Positions 1-13,789 of a stretch of DNA of 64,000 bases are shown here, one piece after another. The first letter of the stretch is position 1; every line of letters begins with the position of its first letter. The DNA lies in assembly GCF_009914755.1 (NCBI RefSeq), contig NC_060935.1; one strand, given 5' to 3'. Origin of the DNA: the human T2T-CHM13v2.0 reference genome, Homo sapiens. A program made the translations under genes and the position numbers. The notes beneath the pieces were generated by a model. It was not told the origin of the DNA and searched no databases. It saw only the letters and a program-made list of their open reading frames with translations.

Positions 1-227
1 ATAACCATCTGTTATTAATTTCTTAACATGCATACCTTGTTCCAAAATATATTTGGAGTTCCTAGCAATAATGAAGTATTAAAGACCAGTTACGTAAATA
101 GAAACTATTTAGAAAATATTTAGCGTGAGGAGAAAAATGTATTAGAAAACTTGTAACTTTCCCTAAAAGTTTGCCAGAATTGAAAGGAAAATATGATGAT
201 GAGATGAATTAAAATTTAATCTAGCAA

Positions 228-765
228 GGGGCAGCCAGCAGACTCTAAAATGACCTCCTTTAGAGCATAGCCTGGACTAATAACTTGCTTTTAAGCAATA
301 GACTACAATAAAGGCGATGATGAGATGTCATTTCTGTAATTTTGCTACATAAAATTGTGACTTCCATTTCTGTGGCTAGCAGGCTTTCTCTCTCTTGCTG
401 GATTTGATAGAGTAAATTGTCATGGCGGAGAGGCTCACATGGCACGAACCTTAAAGCAGACTCCAGTCAATATCTAACAAGGAACTGAGGCCCTCAGTCC
501 AATAACCTTTAAGGAACAGGATTCTGCCAAGCAACCATGAATACAAACTTTGAAGGATTCCCTTCAAATCCAGTTGAGCCTTCAGGCGATGCAGCAACCC
601 TGGCCAGCCCCTGAATTGCACCTTCATGAGAAACCATGAAACAGAGGAGATCATGAATCTAAGCAGTAGCTGGATGTATGACGACAGACACTGAAAGATA
701 AAAAATGTATGTCACTTCAATTCACTGATTTTGTGATAATTTATGTAGTACTAGATAATAAATAC
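228..765 (+). mobile_element. MaLR solo LTR, MLT1E/F-like
   Basis: GGAACTGAGGCCCTCAGTCCAA, CCAGTTGAGCCTTCAG and the 3' end TAGATAATAAATACA match the MLT1E/F pattern. Confidence 0.8.
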
Positions 766-1786
766 AAAAGTTAAATTTTTTTCTGAAACCAGCATTTCTT
801 ATAGATCTGTATACAGGGATTCCTGTACAACATGGTTTCTTTGCCAACAAATTAGTAGGAGTTAGGGAAATGTGATTTAGTGAATATTTTCTATGGAACT
901 TATATGAAAACTAGGTTCATAAAACTATAATTTAACCCTACAAAGTCTAAGAATTTTGAGGAGAGGTAGGATAAAAAAGTCAAGATAATAAGACCAATGA
1001 AGTTTATTATCTCACAAGCTGATCTAATGCAATGATGGAATTAGAAGAACCTAGAGGAGTGAGCAGCTATTATGTTCTTTAGGTTGACTCTCTAAAATGA
1101 GATAGGTCAAATGAGCTCTTTGCAAATGCTGGGCTGTAGTAGATTCTTGGCTGGATCCTCTCAGGAGAGCTGTAGTGCAGATATTCTGTGTCGTCAGTTA
1201 AGGTGACATCCATATGCTTTATATGTGTGGTGTGCAGACAGAAAGACTAACATTTCTCATTTGAAATTTCAGAAATCTGACTCATACTCTGATCTCAACA
1301 GAGGGCCATTCAATTCTCATTTGGAGGAAGGTCTGCAAGGGTGTCTGTGGGTAGAATTTTTTTCTCTAAAAAAATTTTTGAATTTGCCCAAGTATTTGGC
1401 TGAAAACTCTGAGATCCTGGATATCTACATCATTTGTTTGGAGGAAGAAGTTTTATCCTGAATAAAATATTAAGGGTAGTCATTAACCAATTAGTTAAAG
1501 GCTCTAAATGGACCTCAGTTTATATCATTCATGACATCTACTTTTGATGAGTACTTCAGCCAGGTGTCCATGCCAGGGTATGTTAGCTGTAAAGTGCAGC
1601 CTCAAAAAACGGAATAAGATACGTTACATAGAGGTGTTTAGAGCTCAAGACTGTATTTCTGCATTTGAGGGACGACTGAGCTCTTCTTATTTTAATGTTT
1701 GATTTATATATTTTTTTTTCTTGAATGGAAGCCACATTATTAATTTAAGAAATAAATAATTTTTTTTCCAAGTCATTTCCTTTGAA

Positions 1787-2035
1787 GCAGTACATTGCCG
1801 TGGCCAAAAGGGCTAGCTCTGGAGTCAGGCTTTCTGTGCTTGATTCCTATTCAGTCACACCCTTGCTGTGTGAGCCTGGGTGAGTTACTTGACTTCTCTG
1901 TGCCTTTGCTTTCTCCTTTGTGAAATGTTGGTAATAATACTTGTTTCAGGGTCAATTGTGGGGATTAAATAAGTTAATGCATGCAGTGTCTTGTATCACG
2001 CACACACTAAGCCTTCCATAATTATAAAATATTAA
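1787..2035 (+). mobile_element. MIR SINE
   Basis: GCTCTGGAGTCAG ... GTTACTTGACTTCTCTGTGCCT ... GATTAAATAAGTTAATGCATG (MIR core). Confidence 0.85.
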
Positions 2036-2284
2036 ATACTTAGCTAGTTGATGTTATTCTTTCTGATCACAAATCTATTAGAAGTTCCCTTATTAAGGCT
2101 ACTCACAATTTGTTATAATAAAGCCATGTCATTAGAGGAGCACAAGATATTTTCCTTTGCAATAGGAGCAAAATCTTCTTCCACAGAGGTGAAGAGCTAC
2201 ACCAAGTTCAACTGTAGTTTTCCTATAGGGGCTCAAGACAATTTCTGGCTGTCAAAGTGTATGAGCAGTAGATCAGTGATACTC

Positions 2285-2500
2285 ATCAGAACTGTCCACC
2301 AATACTCTGGTTCTCCTTCTCCTAGGCACGTGGCAGAATTGTGCCTCCTTACCCCTTTGAACCTGGGTATGACCATGAGATTTGTCCTTACACAGCTTTC
2401 CTGGGTTTCCTTTTCTTTTCCCTCCTATGTTCCAGCAGTGTTTTCAATGATGGAGCCTCCACCAGCCTGCCTCACAGAAGAAGGAAGAGGTTGAGCAAAG
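2285..2500 (+). mobile_element. Old MaLR LTR fragment (MLT1J-like)
   Basis: CTGGTTCTCCTTCTCCTAGGCAC ... GATGGAGCCTCCACCAGCCTG. Confidence 0.55.
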
Positions 2501-3003
2501 TTTGCCCTTTGTCCTTAAGAAAATGAGGAATCCATGAACAGATTTGGAACAATTAGTCATGGCTCTATATATAAGATGAACAAAAAATGAAGAAAGACAG
2601 GAAGATGTTTAGTACAAGATTATTCTAATATTTAAGGGAATGCTAAAAAAGGTCTGAGCAATGATGGAGAGAGTGTGATGAAATAGAAGAAAAATCTGTA
2701 AGATAAGATGGAATTAAAAATGATTTGAGGTTTAAAAATAAGAGCCATTGAGTTTGGTTGGCCAGTCTCATAGTTTTATATGGTATCAGAGACCAAGCAT
2801 GCATTGACCTCACTTCTAAACTAAAAGTTTTACCACCTAAATTTCTGTAGCAAACTTATCCACGTGTTTTAGTTGGTTCCTCTGAACAACTAATTTCTGA
2901 AAAATACCAGTTAATTGCAAATACTAACTGCATTTTAGATTTTTCATGTTCCGTTAATTACTAATGTTCTTGATTTTCTTTTTTTTTTTGCTTATTCTGA
3001 CAG

Positions 3004-3030
3004 CTAAATAGTAACACCTGCAATTATACA
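3004..3030 (+). CDS. Candidate 27-nt frame-preserving microexon (LNSNTCNYT in phase 0) of an unidentified host gene
   Basis: TACTAAT 2959-2965, T-rich tract ~2967-2998, TGC 2989-2991, CAG 3001-3003, 27-nt exon, GTAAGT 3031-3036; lies in non-repetitive sequence. Confidence 0.55.
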
Positions 3031-5659
3031 GTAAGTTTGTGTTTTTCTAATTTGTACATATTTCCACTTCTTATATGCACAGTGAATTTCTGGGGCAGCT
3101 GATTTATCTAAAAAGTCATCATTTTTTCAAAAGCCAGTTCTATCTTTCTTCAAAGCTAATTTATTTTAGCTAAAAATCCTGCCTTTGGGAGAATCTGGAA
3201 GATACATTGCCGGCTTAGTTTCTGTTGGTTTATATGTGTAAAGTGGCAAGCATGCCAGCTAACCCTGCAGATTCAGAGGGATTTTCTGTGTTTTATTGGA
3301 CATTTGATATCATTTTAGTCTAATCTTTCCAATGACAATGTGTTCAGAAGTCACATGGAATAGTTAAGTACTTAGAAAAGATGACAGACTTTTATTTGCA
3401 TCAAGCTTTTACAACTGAAACCACTTTTTAAAAAATATCATATTACAAAGGATATAAAATTACCTTAAAACACATTTTCTCTGAGATTTAAGTCTATTGA
3501 ATAAACTCAGTAAATATTCTTACTGAAATTATTACTATCCACTAACACAGTGTCTCCAACTACTGTATATGTTTGCACCATCAAAGGCAAACAACAGTTA
3601 GTTGTTGATCTTCAAGACAATTACTTAAGAAGAAAACAAGGAAGAAACACAGTAAAAGAAAGGGTAGCAAATTACTTTTACAAAATAATTGTTTTGAAGG
3701 AAATGGGTAAATAGGTGACCGGTTAGCCAACACTAGTGTGATTCTTTGTTGTTTTGCAACAGACATTGACAATCTAAGTTTGTTCTAGCTAGGGAAGTCT
3801 ATTTTAACGGGAAATCTTGAGTGAAAATGAGTCAAGTGATACTATCTAGGAAATATAGTTTATAAGAAGAAGCCTAGAAAAAATTTAAAATAGTCATATT
3901 AACTTGATATAACTCAGTAGAATTTTATAGAACTAGGAAAGAACTGTGTTTTCATAGGAATCCTTGAACGTTATTTTATTTTATTTATTCATTCATTTGT
4001 ATATTGTCATATCCATGAAATTACTTCTTTTTAAAAGAGATTTCAGCCATTGCCAGTTCTTCATTCAAGCTTTTAAAAAATGATGATGAGGTTTAATTAA
4101 GAAACATCCACATCAGTGTGATCATTTAAAAATTCAACTTTGTAATCTTTATCTGATAAGGCCAAACTACATGGTTGTTCCTGAAGCTTGTAGTTTTTCT
4201 AACCTGTGGGGATTTTCAGAGGGAAAATGAAGGTTAATAAAATCATGGATAATAATTTTTGAGCATAATTTTCTCCTTTTCCATTCTTTTTGTTTGTTTG
4301 GTTCTTAATAAGTTCTCCTATAAATGAGTTATTATGGAAATAAATAACTATGGGTGAAGGGGCAACATTTTGTCATAGATTAAAAACGGGTTACGTTTCC
4401 AATAAGGAGTATCTTCTGTTTGAATGAAGGAAGGCTAATGGGAAGATGCCCTGGGATTGAGATAGGAAGCAGTGATGCTTGTTGTATGTATCAGTAACTT
4501 TAAAGAAGATGCTGGACTCTAATAACCTCTGCAAAGAATTGAGACCTGAACTCTTGGAAATTCAGTCCATGATTTCTTGTGCAAACATGTCAGCTCATCC
4601 CTATTTTCCTCTACTTGGAAAAAAATCTACTATTTCATATCTGTTTGCCTCAATTTTAACTGCTGCAACAGTATTGCTTATAGAGAGTTGCCATCTACTT
4701 CTCTTTGACACAGAAGGGCCTTAAACATCAGATAAAAATATCATATCTGTTATCAGGCATAGGAACCTGAAGAGTCACTTTCCTATGACCAAGTTTTGCG
4801 AAGAGCCCTGTAAACCTCTAATATTTTAAGGCTGCAGGGGGAAGATCAGCAGGGATGAGATATAAGATTCTTTCACTAATCAAAGTCTCTCTCTCTCTTT
4901 CTGTCTCTCTCTCCCCCCTACCCCCTTTATGGGCTTTTGTTGCATTGGAGAATGGGTTGATATAGCTGTAATAGAAATAAGAATATTATGGAAGAGCTTC
5001 TTTTGATTATGAACATCCAAATCCAAACACACAATAATGTTGTCCAGGTGATGTCTAATTTCACTGAGCTTTTCAAATATTGCTGTGGGTAGTCAGGAAA
5101 GATCAACTAGTAATTTATGTCCATGGGGTCCTGTATATGATGCTGTTATCAAGATTAATCATTTGAGTGTTCCAGATAACCAGTCATAGCTGGCATCTTG
5201 TTGGAGCAACCTGGTGCAGGTGGGATAGTTGGGGTGTTTGTCTGTGTACGTGTGTATGCATGTTTTTGTGGGAGGTGACAGAGATGTGCAACAGCAGGTA
5301 TGGAAACTTCTAGGACTGAGGTGAGAGGCAAGTGGGTGGGATGAAACCAAAGGAGTCATAGAGTTGTGTTTGTAAAGCTAAAAAGTAGGGTCCGAAGAGT
5401 TTCTTCAAGGAGAAAGAATCTGCAACTGGTGGCCTGCCACAAGCTAAGTAGGGATGCAGGGGCTGAATTGTTAGGTTGGAGGAAGTCCTGGCCAACTTCT
5501 GGGCATGCTGGGAAGGTAGCTCTGTTTAAAGGACCATGGCAGACAATCCAGAAAGGCATAGGTTCTGTATCAATACATTGAAACAGTGTGAATAGTTGAA
5601 AATAGTAATTTTCTTTCCACAGTGAGGGCTTCAACAAATACTTTCATATATTGACTTCT

Positions 5660-6100
5660 ATGCTCTAAAATCCTGCCCCAAGAGGTCCTAGATTTCTGTG
5701 TTTTGTGATGGTCTGGTGCCTGGTAAATTTCTACCTCATTTCCTTTCCCTGTTGCTTCCTTCAGTGTCAACTCCTGAACAATCTGGACTCCTTCTGTTTC
5801 TTGATGGGCCTCAGCATGTTGCTGACTCAGGGCGTTTTCAGTGGCTGCTCTTTGCCCTGAAACACTCATTGCCCAGATATTCACATGGCTAGCTACTTCA
5901 ATTCATCACAGTCTCTTGCTCAAGTATCTTCTCCGATCATCCTTTAAAAATAGCATCTGTCACTCTCTAAAGCAGGTATTTGCCTAGTGTCTATTCTAAC
6001 ATGAACTCTGTAAGGGGAGGCTTTGCTTGTTTTATTCCCTACTAAATCCCCAGAACTTGAATCACTGTTTGAATCACACTAGACACTCAGAAATAGGTGA
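5660..6100 (+). mobile_element. L2 LINE 3' fragment
   Basis: TGCCCAGATATTCACATGGCT, GCTTTGCTTGTTTTATTCCCTACT ... TAGACACTCAGAAATA (L2 3' end). Confidence 0.75.
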
Positions 6101-7466
6101 AGGCACGACAATTGTTACATATTATTATTAGCTGATTCTCTTTTGGTCTGTGAGTTAAATACAAAAGGCCTTCCTCAATAAATATTCAGTGAGATATGGG
6201 AATTTTCTTAGCAACTCTAATTGAGAAAGTAATAAGGAAAAAACAGTATTTCTTCTTTTCTTTTTCTCCACCCTTCCCTCCCCCATTTCTTGCTCTCTAT
6301 TCTCCGTTTTAGATTAGCTGCAAAATCATTGTGATTTACTTTGCAATGAGAATTATTCACAAAGCATGTCTTCACAACCCTGCTAATTTTACTCTCTCAA
6401 ACCTACTTAAATAAATTCTAGCAGTGGCACAATTTCAACAAATGCTTGAATACACTTTCTTCTTCTGCATCTTTGATATTTGCCAGTCATCTCTCCTTCA
6501 GCATTCTGCCAGTCTATGACCTTGAAATCATTGCCCTAACTTTGGCAGACGCCGGCTCATTACAGTTTCTCTGCCCCACAGGCAACCTGACTTTGTGAAG
6601 TTTTAAATGAGAAGATTCTAATGAACACAATTTAAATTACAAGGCTCCATTAATTTGGTACTGTATGTAGAAGGAAAAACAAAAGTTCTTTCTCAGTTTT
6701 GTAGAGCTGACCAATGTGGAAAATGTTTGGCCTATTTCAGAGAGTATCTACCTCCTGCCATCTGATTCCACTAGCTTAATTGAGTTTCTAGAACACTTAC
6801 CGTGCTGTTTGGAAGCCCATGGGTAAAAAGCAGATGGGTAAATCACTAGGATAAGAATAGGAGAGTGGTGAAGGAGCAGCCACTATCTACCAAGTTAACT
6901 ATAGCCAATATCTGCCACTGAGCACTTGAACACGTTCCCTTGTCCTTTGTAGTGTTGCTACTTAAAAAATAAATTTCTCTGTCAGCCTTCTGATCAGACC
7001 TGCAATCTGTAGGTCTGGGGAGCTGCCATAGAGGTATTTATTTTCCCAATTGTGTGTAATGACCCCAAATGGATTTGATTCCTAAGGCTTAGCACCTTAT
7101 GAGAATTATCTCTACTGACCTGAAGTGAAGGCAGAACTGCTTAGTTTTGAATAATTACTGAAAATAGCTCCTTTATATTCAGGTGGCCACATAATTTACT
7201 GTTCAAGTAGAATGCTTTTGAAAATAAAAAGACCCGCTACAAGTAATATAATTTTACATATTTGAATATTTGTTGACTAAAAAATTTGTTTTAGTATATT
7301 GGTAGACATAAAAAGTCTTATTTAAAATTATTTTATAAAACAAAATCTTTATAAAAAGTAAAAATTTTATGAATGAGATGAACATTAAAAAACCAAATGA
7401 AATAATTATTCTTGGTCTGTATTCCTGTGCTTGAATCAGTTTTTTAGTCTTGTTGCTTTCTAATAA

Positions 7467-7791
<325 letters not shown>

Positions 7792-8822
7792 AGGATCTTA
7801 CTTTTTTACATCAAATTGACTGCAATCATTTGAAAGTTGTATTATGTTATTAACATATTTGATATGGATATCTTTAGTTGATGTCCATCAGTATTTTTAA
7901 TTGAGCAAACACTTTCTCTACAGATGCTGGTATACCTAGTAAGATAAGATCAAATTCTGCTATATAAAGAATATTCTTACTATTCTTGCATTTTGAAACA
8001 TGGAGATGTGTCTACATAAATATTTTTATAGACATTGTCTTTCTTTACTCCATTCCAAGTATCTTGCTTTGGAAATTATTTTTGAAGTCAAAGTTTTTCA
8101 AATAAATTATAGAATTCTCAATATTAATACCATGCTGATTCAAAATATAAATGCTTTCAATAAAAATATAATCTCTATACCATTATTTTCCTCAGAATTT
8201 AAGATATTCCAGTTTACAGAATTAAAAAAATTAAATTTTATCCTGTTTGAAATCTTGTCATTCTTATCATTTTATCATTCTTAAGATTTCCCCCCTCATT
8301 TTAAGAAAAATTTCAATATATTCCTGTTTGCAAGAAAGCTTCATTTTCAATATTTACAAATTGCTCAAAGATTCCAAATGTCTTGAGTATGTATTCCGCT
8401 TGTTAAATATTAACATAATTGTTAAGTATTGTTAAAATAATTAGATTAAAGATGTACAACTGATTTTGGACAAAAGGTAACCTAAATGTGGATAACTTTT
8501 TAATAAAATGTTTACCGTATATAGGATATTTACATTGATTTCAAAAGTACATTTTTAAAGAGTGAGTCTCAATAATTGGTGCTGAGCAGTCAAAAGTCCA
8601 TGCCACCATACTAAACAGTTTTTGTATTAAATCTCAGCTCCTTCATAACATTTTGTATTTTATGTATTCTAAGCACTTATATATAATGTAGTTGTATAAT
8701 TTCTGACAACTATAGCTTCGATTTCAAATTGTAGAATATCACAGCTGTCTCATAAACTGTTTTGAATTACATGCACATCACAATAGATTTCAAACACATT
8801 TCTGCTTCAACATTTTAAACAA

Positions 8823-9396
8823 TGTGCTGGTTAGCTATAACTACCTAACGAATTACCTCCCAACACATTATGGCATATAACAACTTTGTTATGCTCCAGA
8901 TTGTCTGTCAGGAATTTAGACAGAGTACAACAGGATGACCCATCTTTGCCACACAATGTCTAGGACATCAGGTAGGAAGAATTAGAAGTTTGAAGTAACT
9001 TAGCAGCTGGAGGCTGGATCATCTGGAGAAATTGTCATTCATTTACCTGGTGAATGAAGCTAATTGTTGATTAGGACCTTGGCTGAACTTTGCCTGGAGC
9101 ATTTACATGTCAAGTCACTAAATGGTCTCCTTGAATGGGCTTGTTTGGGTCCCTCAGAGCATGGAAGAGAACAGGAGCAGGTGTCCCAAGGGAAGGAGAC
9201 AGAAATCCAAGGCATTTTGATAATCTACCTGTCACAGGCCATTAGAACATTAGCAAATGGTTGCCCGCATTTAAGGCAGGGAGTATAGACTCCAACCACT
9301 TACAGAGTGAGTGCCAAGGTCACATTGTAAGCAGAGCATGTGGAATGGGAGATATTATTAAAATTATTGTTCTTTACAAAAGCATAATCTATCACA
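8823..9396 (-). mobile_element. MaLR solo LTR, MLT1F/G-like, inserted in the hAT fossil
   Basis: TGTGCTGGTTAGCTAT ... GTCAGGAATTTAGACAG ... GGAGGCTGGATCATCTGGAG ... ATAATCTATCACA. Confidence 0.75.
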
Positions 9397-10483
9397 CTGA
9401 AATTGGCAAAAATGTTTTTGTCATGACCATACTTCATCAAAATTAGTTTATATTACAAAAATAGTTTCATCTTTACTGCTACACTTTGTATTGATATTTC
9501 TGAAAACAATGTCAGATTTTTCACCTTCATTGGGATGAATTTTGAAAAGTTTTATGTTGGTTTTATAAATTAGATTAAAAAATCAAACCATGATTGGAAT
9601 TAGTGAATTTCTTTTTGAAGCACCTAAGATATTGAAATAAAATCTGTATCTTTGAACTGTTTACAAGGATCATTTTCTGTTCACAAAGTCCATTAACAGC
9701 AATTGGTTGAGTCCTTGTGCATAAGAAATCTTGGAATTGAAAATTGGCAGAATGAATTTAAACAAATAATTATTAGATCCAAATGAAAAGCCATCCATCA
9801 TAAGGTGATGTGTAGCACCTTTTGCGGCTGCAAGTTTTAAGTTGTCACCTTAGGGAATATTTTTCTTAAAAATTAGTATTAACTTTTGAGGTAGATGCAG
9901 ACATTTCTTCTGTATATTTGTGTCTTTCTGTTTAGATGGGATTAATGATATCACATTCTTCCTATGATGGAAAGTAAATGTTGATAAATATTTGTCCAGG
10001 CTAAGCATTTATCATCACCTTTTCTGAAATAAGAAAATTTAGTCTTTAATTTTTTATTTATAAAGCATTTTCGTTATTTTTTAGCTCATTGCTAAAAGGA
10101 CTTATTACAAACTCAAAAAGCATTGTCAAACACTTAAAAAGTCTGATATATGGCATTTAATACATGGCAGAATAATTGTAGCAAGAGTGTTCAGACAGCT
10201 CTCTACAGCCTCTTTTTCCTGCCCATGGTTCATGTGCATCTAACCAATAATTTCCCATATTTCCCATTGAACCCATTGATATGTGTCCTGCAAGCCTATT
10301 GCATCTAACAGTCTACAGCAAGAGCCACAGAACCGCTATCTGGAGTACCAAATTCCTAAGAGAGAAATCAAATACTGTTCCACTAAAATCTGAGATCAGA
10401 AAGAGTAAGCTGACCCTCACCACTTGTATCTGAGCTTACTTCATATTATCAGCAAATACTCAGTGTGCTTTCCTCAAAAGGAA

Positions 10484-12723
10484 TGATATGGTTTGGCTGT
10501 GTCCCCACCCAAATCTCATCTTGAATTCCCACATGTCATGGGAGGTAGTTGACTCATAGTGGTGAGTCTTTCCTGTGCTGTTCTTGTGAGAGTGAGTGAG
10601 TCTCACAAGATCTGATGTTTTTAAAAATGGGAGTTTCCCTGTACAAGCTCTCTTCTCTTTGCCTGCTGCCATTCATGTAAGACGTGACTTGCTCCTCCTT
10701 GCCTTCTGCCATGATTGAGATGCCTCCCCAGCCACATGGAACTGTAAGTTTATTAAACATCTTTCTTTTGTAAACTGCCCAGTCTCAGCTATGTCTTCAT
10801 CAGCACCATGAAAATGGACTAATACAGTAAATGGGTACGAATAGAGTGGGGCAGTGCTGAAAAGATACCCAAAAATATGGAAGCGACTTTGGAACTGGGT
10901 AACATACAGAGGTTGGAACAGTTTGGAGGACTCAGAAGAACACAGGAAAATGTGGGAAAGTTTGGAACTCCCTAGAGACTTCTTGAGTGGTTTTGACCAA
11001 AATACTGATAGTGATATGGACAATAAAGTCCAGGCTGAAGTGGTCTCAGGTGGAAATGAGGAACTTGTTGGGAACTGGAGCAAATGTGACTCTGTTTATG
11101 TGTTAGCAAAGAGACTGGTGGCCTTTTGTCCCTGCCCTAGAGATTTGTGGAACTTTGAACTTGAGAGAGAAGATTTACGATATTGGCAGAAGAAATTTCT
11201 AAGCAGCAAAGCATTCAAGAAGTGACTTGGGTGCTGTTAAATGCATTTATTTTTATAAGTGAAGAAAAGCATAAAAGTTCATAAAATTTGCAGCCTGCCA
11301 ATGCAATAGAAAAGAAAATCCCATTTTCTGGGGAGAAATTTGCTGCAGAAATTTGCATAGGTAACAAGGAGCTAAATGTTAATCCCCAAGACAATGGGGA
11401 AAATGTCTCCAGGGCATGTCAAAGGTCTCCATGGCAGCCCCTCCCAACACAGGTCTGGAGCCGGGCCCAGGGTCCCTGTGCCGTGTGCAGCCTAGGGACT
11501 TGGTGTCCTGCGTCCTAGCTGTTCCAGCCATGACTATAAGGGGCCAAGGTACAGTTCAGGATGTTGTTTCAGAAGGTGGAAGCCCTAAGCCTTGGCAGCT
11601 TCCACATGGTGTTGAGCCTGCAGGTGCACAGAAGTCAAGAATTGAGGTTTCGGAACTTCCACCTACATTTCAGAGGATCTATGGAAATACCTGGATGCCA
11701 AGGCAGGAGTCTACTGAAGGTGCAGGGCCCTCATGGAGAACCCATGCTAGGGCAGTATGGAAGGGAAACGTGGGGCCAGAGTCCCTACCCTGAGTCCCTA
11801 CTGGAGCACGACCTAGTGGAGTTGTGAGAGGAGGGCCACTGTCCTCTGGACCCCAGAATGGAAGATGCACCAACAGCTTGCACCGTGTGCCTGGAAGAGC
11901 CACAGACACTCAATGCCAGCCTGTGAAAGCAGCCAGGAGTGGGGCTATACTGTGGAAAGCCACAGAGGCGGAGATGCCCAAGGCTGTGGAAACCCACCTT
12001 TTGCATCAGGACGACCTGGATATGAGACATGGAATCAAAGGAGATCATTCTGGAACTTTAAGGTTTGACTGCCCCACTGGATTTTGGACTTGAATGGGGC
12101 CTGTAGCTCCTTTGATTTGGCCAGTTTCTCTCACCTGTAATGGCTGTATTTACCCAATGCCTGTATGCCCCTTGTATTTAGAAAGTAACTAGCTTGCTTT
12201 TGAGTTTACAGGCTCATAGGCAGAACGACTTGCCATGTCTCAGATGAGACATTTGACTGTGGACTTTTGAGTTAATGCTGAAATGAGTTAAGACTTTGGG
12301 GGACTATTGGGAAGGCATGATTGGATTTCAAATGTGAGAACATTAAATTTGGGAGGGGCCAGGGGCAGAATAATGTGGTTTGTCTGTGTCCCCACTCAAA
12401 TCTCATCTTGAATTCCCACGTGTCGTGAGAGGAACCTGGTGGGAAGCAGTTGAATCATGGGGATGGGTATTTCCAGTGCTCTTCTTGTGGCAGTGAATGA
12501 GTCTCACAATTCTGATGGTTTTAAAAATGGGAGTTTCCCTGCACAAGTTCTTTTCTCTACTCTTTTCCTGCTGCCATCCATGTAAAACGTGACTTGCTCC
12601 TCCTTGCCTTCTGCCATGATTGTGAGTTCTTTCCAGCCATGTGGAACTGTAAATCCATTAAACCTCTTTTTCTTCCCAGTCTTGGGTATATTTTTATCAG
12701 CAGCATGAAAATGGACTACTACA
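10484..12723 (+). mobile_element. Full-length THE1B-like MaLR element (5' LTR 10484-10826, internal region, 3' LTR 12371-12723)
   Basis: TGATATGGTTTGGCTGTGTCCCCACCCAAATCTC ... GGACTAATACA; THE1-int ORF remnant (YPKIWKRLWNWV...); second LTR present. Confidence 0.95.
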
Positions 12724-13399
12724 GGATGGGTTAAGTTCTGTAAACAAATAGTCTAGTGAATGCAAGATGTGTTAGTTATCTGTGGTCTCTTTTCAGATTT
12801 AACCATGTGTTAAAAATGAGAATTATGTTCGCTACACATGTGATTCATGCACTAGATGGCAGATACTGCAAGTACACAATGAAAGTCTGTTTAATCATCC
12901 TGGCTTAATTTAATGTAATTATTATTAACGAAAATTCACTAAAATTGAAAAATCTTGCAAACATGCTAATCTTGATGGGTGCTGTGTCAATATGAATATA
13001 TCATGAGTGAACTCTGATAAAACTTAAGGTCACTATATTTTTATCTGGGTTGGAATTTCACAGGGCATATTTTGACTTCTATTGCGCTCTAGAGATTATT
13101 GGATTCAGCAATAGTAAAATTGAATTGTTCATAATTTATTAGCTATGTTATATCCGAAATCTTATTTGTACTTGAAATGTTTCTTTTGATTTAAAATAAG
13201 TTCATAATACCTAATTCTCAGAAACTTGTGGTAGAGTTTTATCTATTATATTATTAACATCAACAATATTAAATGTGTATAATTATAATTTACAATTATG
13301 ACTTCGAAGGAGTTTGTTGTCAATATTTTACTACCAAAAATAACTGTATAACAAAGGAAATATTGAAATGAAGACTGCTATACATTTTTGGGGGGGTAG

Positions 13400-13784
13400 A
13401 ATTGCCTTTTTTGGGCAAATTTATAATGCAAATTAAAATTGTTAGACTTATATATGGTATTTAACCCTATAATTGTCACATATTTTGGTATTTATTCCAA
13501 AGAGATAAGCGTAAATATGGCAGAAAATATAGTTGCAAAGTTTTTTAGTATATTGCTGTTTAGACAGTAGGAAATCAGAACCAACGTAAGTGTCCAAATA
13601 TAAAGGCTAGATTTAATAAATTATGATGTAAACATATAATGCAATTATATGAAGCTATTAAAATGATGTGATTGAAATTTTGTAACATGCACATATATTC
13701 ATAACTATCAAAATAACAGCCTACAAAAGTGTATATATTATTGATTCCCAACTTGGTTTTAAAATGTTTTAACTGAAACACATA

Positions 13785-13785
<1 letters not shown>
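13400..13785 (+). mobile_element. Ancient L1M 3' fragment
   Basis: GGTATTTATTCCAAAGA, AAGTGTCCAAAT, AATAAATTATGAT ... GCTATTAAAATGAT. Confidence 0.5.

Positions 13786-13789
<4 letters not shown>

Noticed and set aside
1245-1350. Possible exon after GACTAAC...TTTCAG (acceptor at 1272)
   Set aside because: Downstream donors (GTCTGC, GTAGAA) are weak and there is no other support.
2048-2494. 148-aa ORF
   Set aside because: Non-ATG start, runs into an MLT1 fragment, no domain resemblance.
10854-12093. Overlapping 67-136 aa ORFs (also 26689-27968)
   Set aside because: Broken THE1 internal and LTR reading frames, not host genes.
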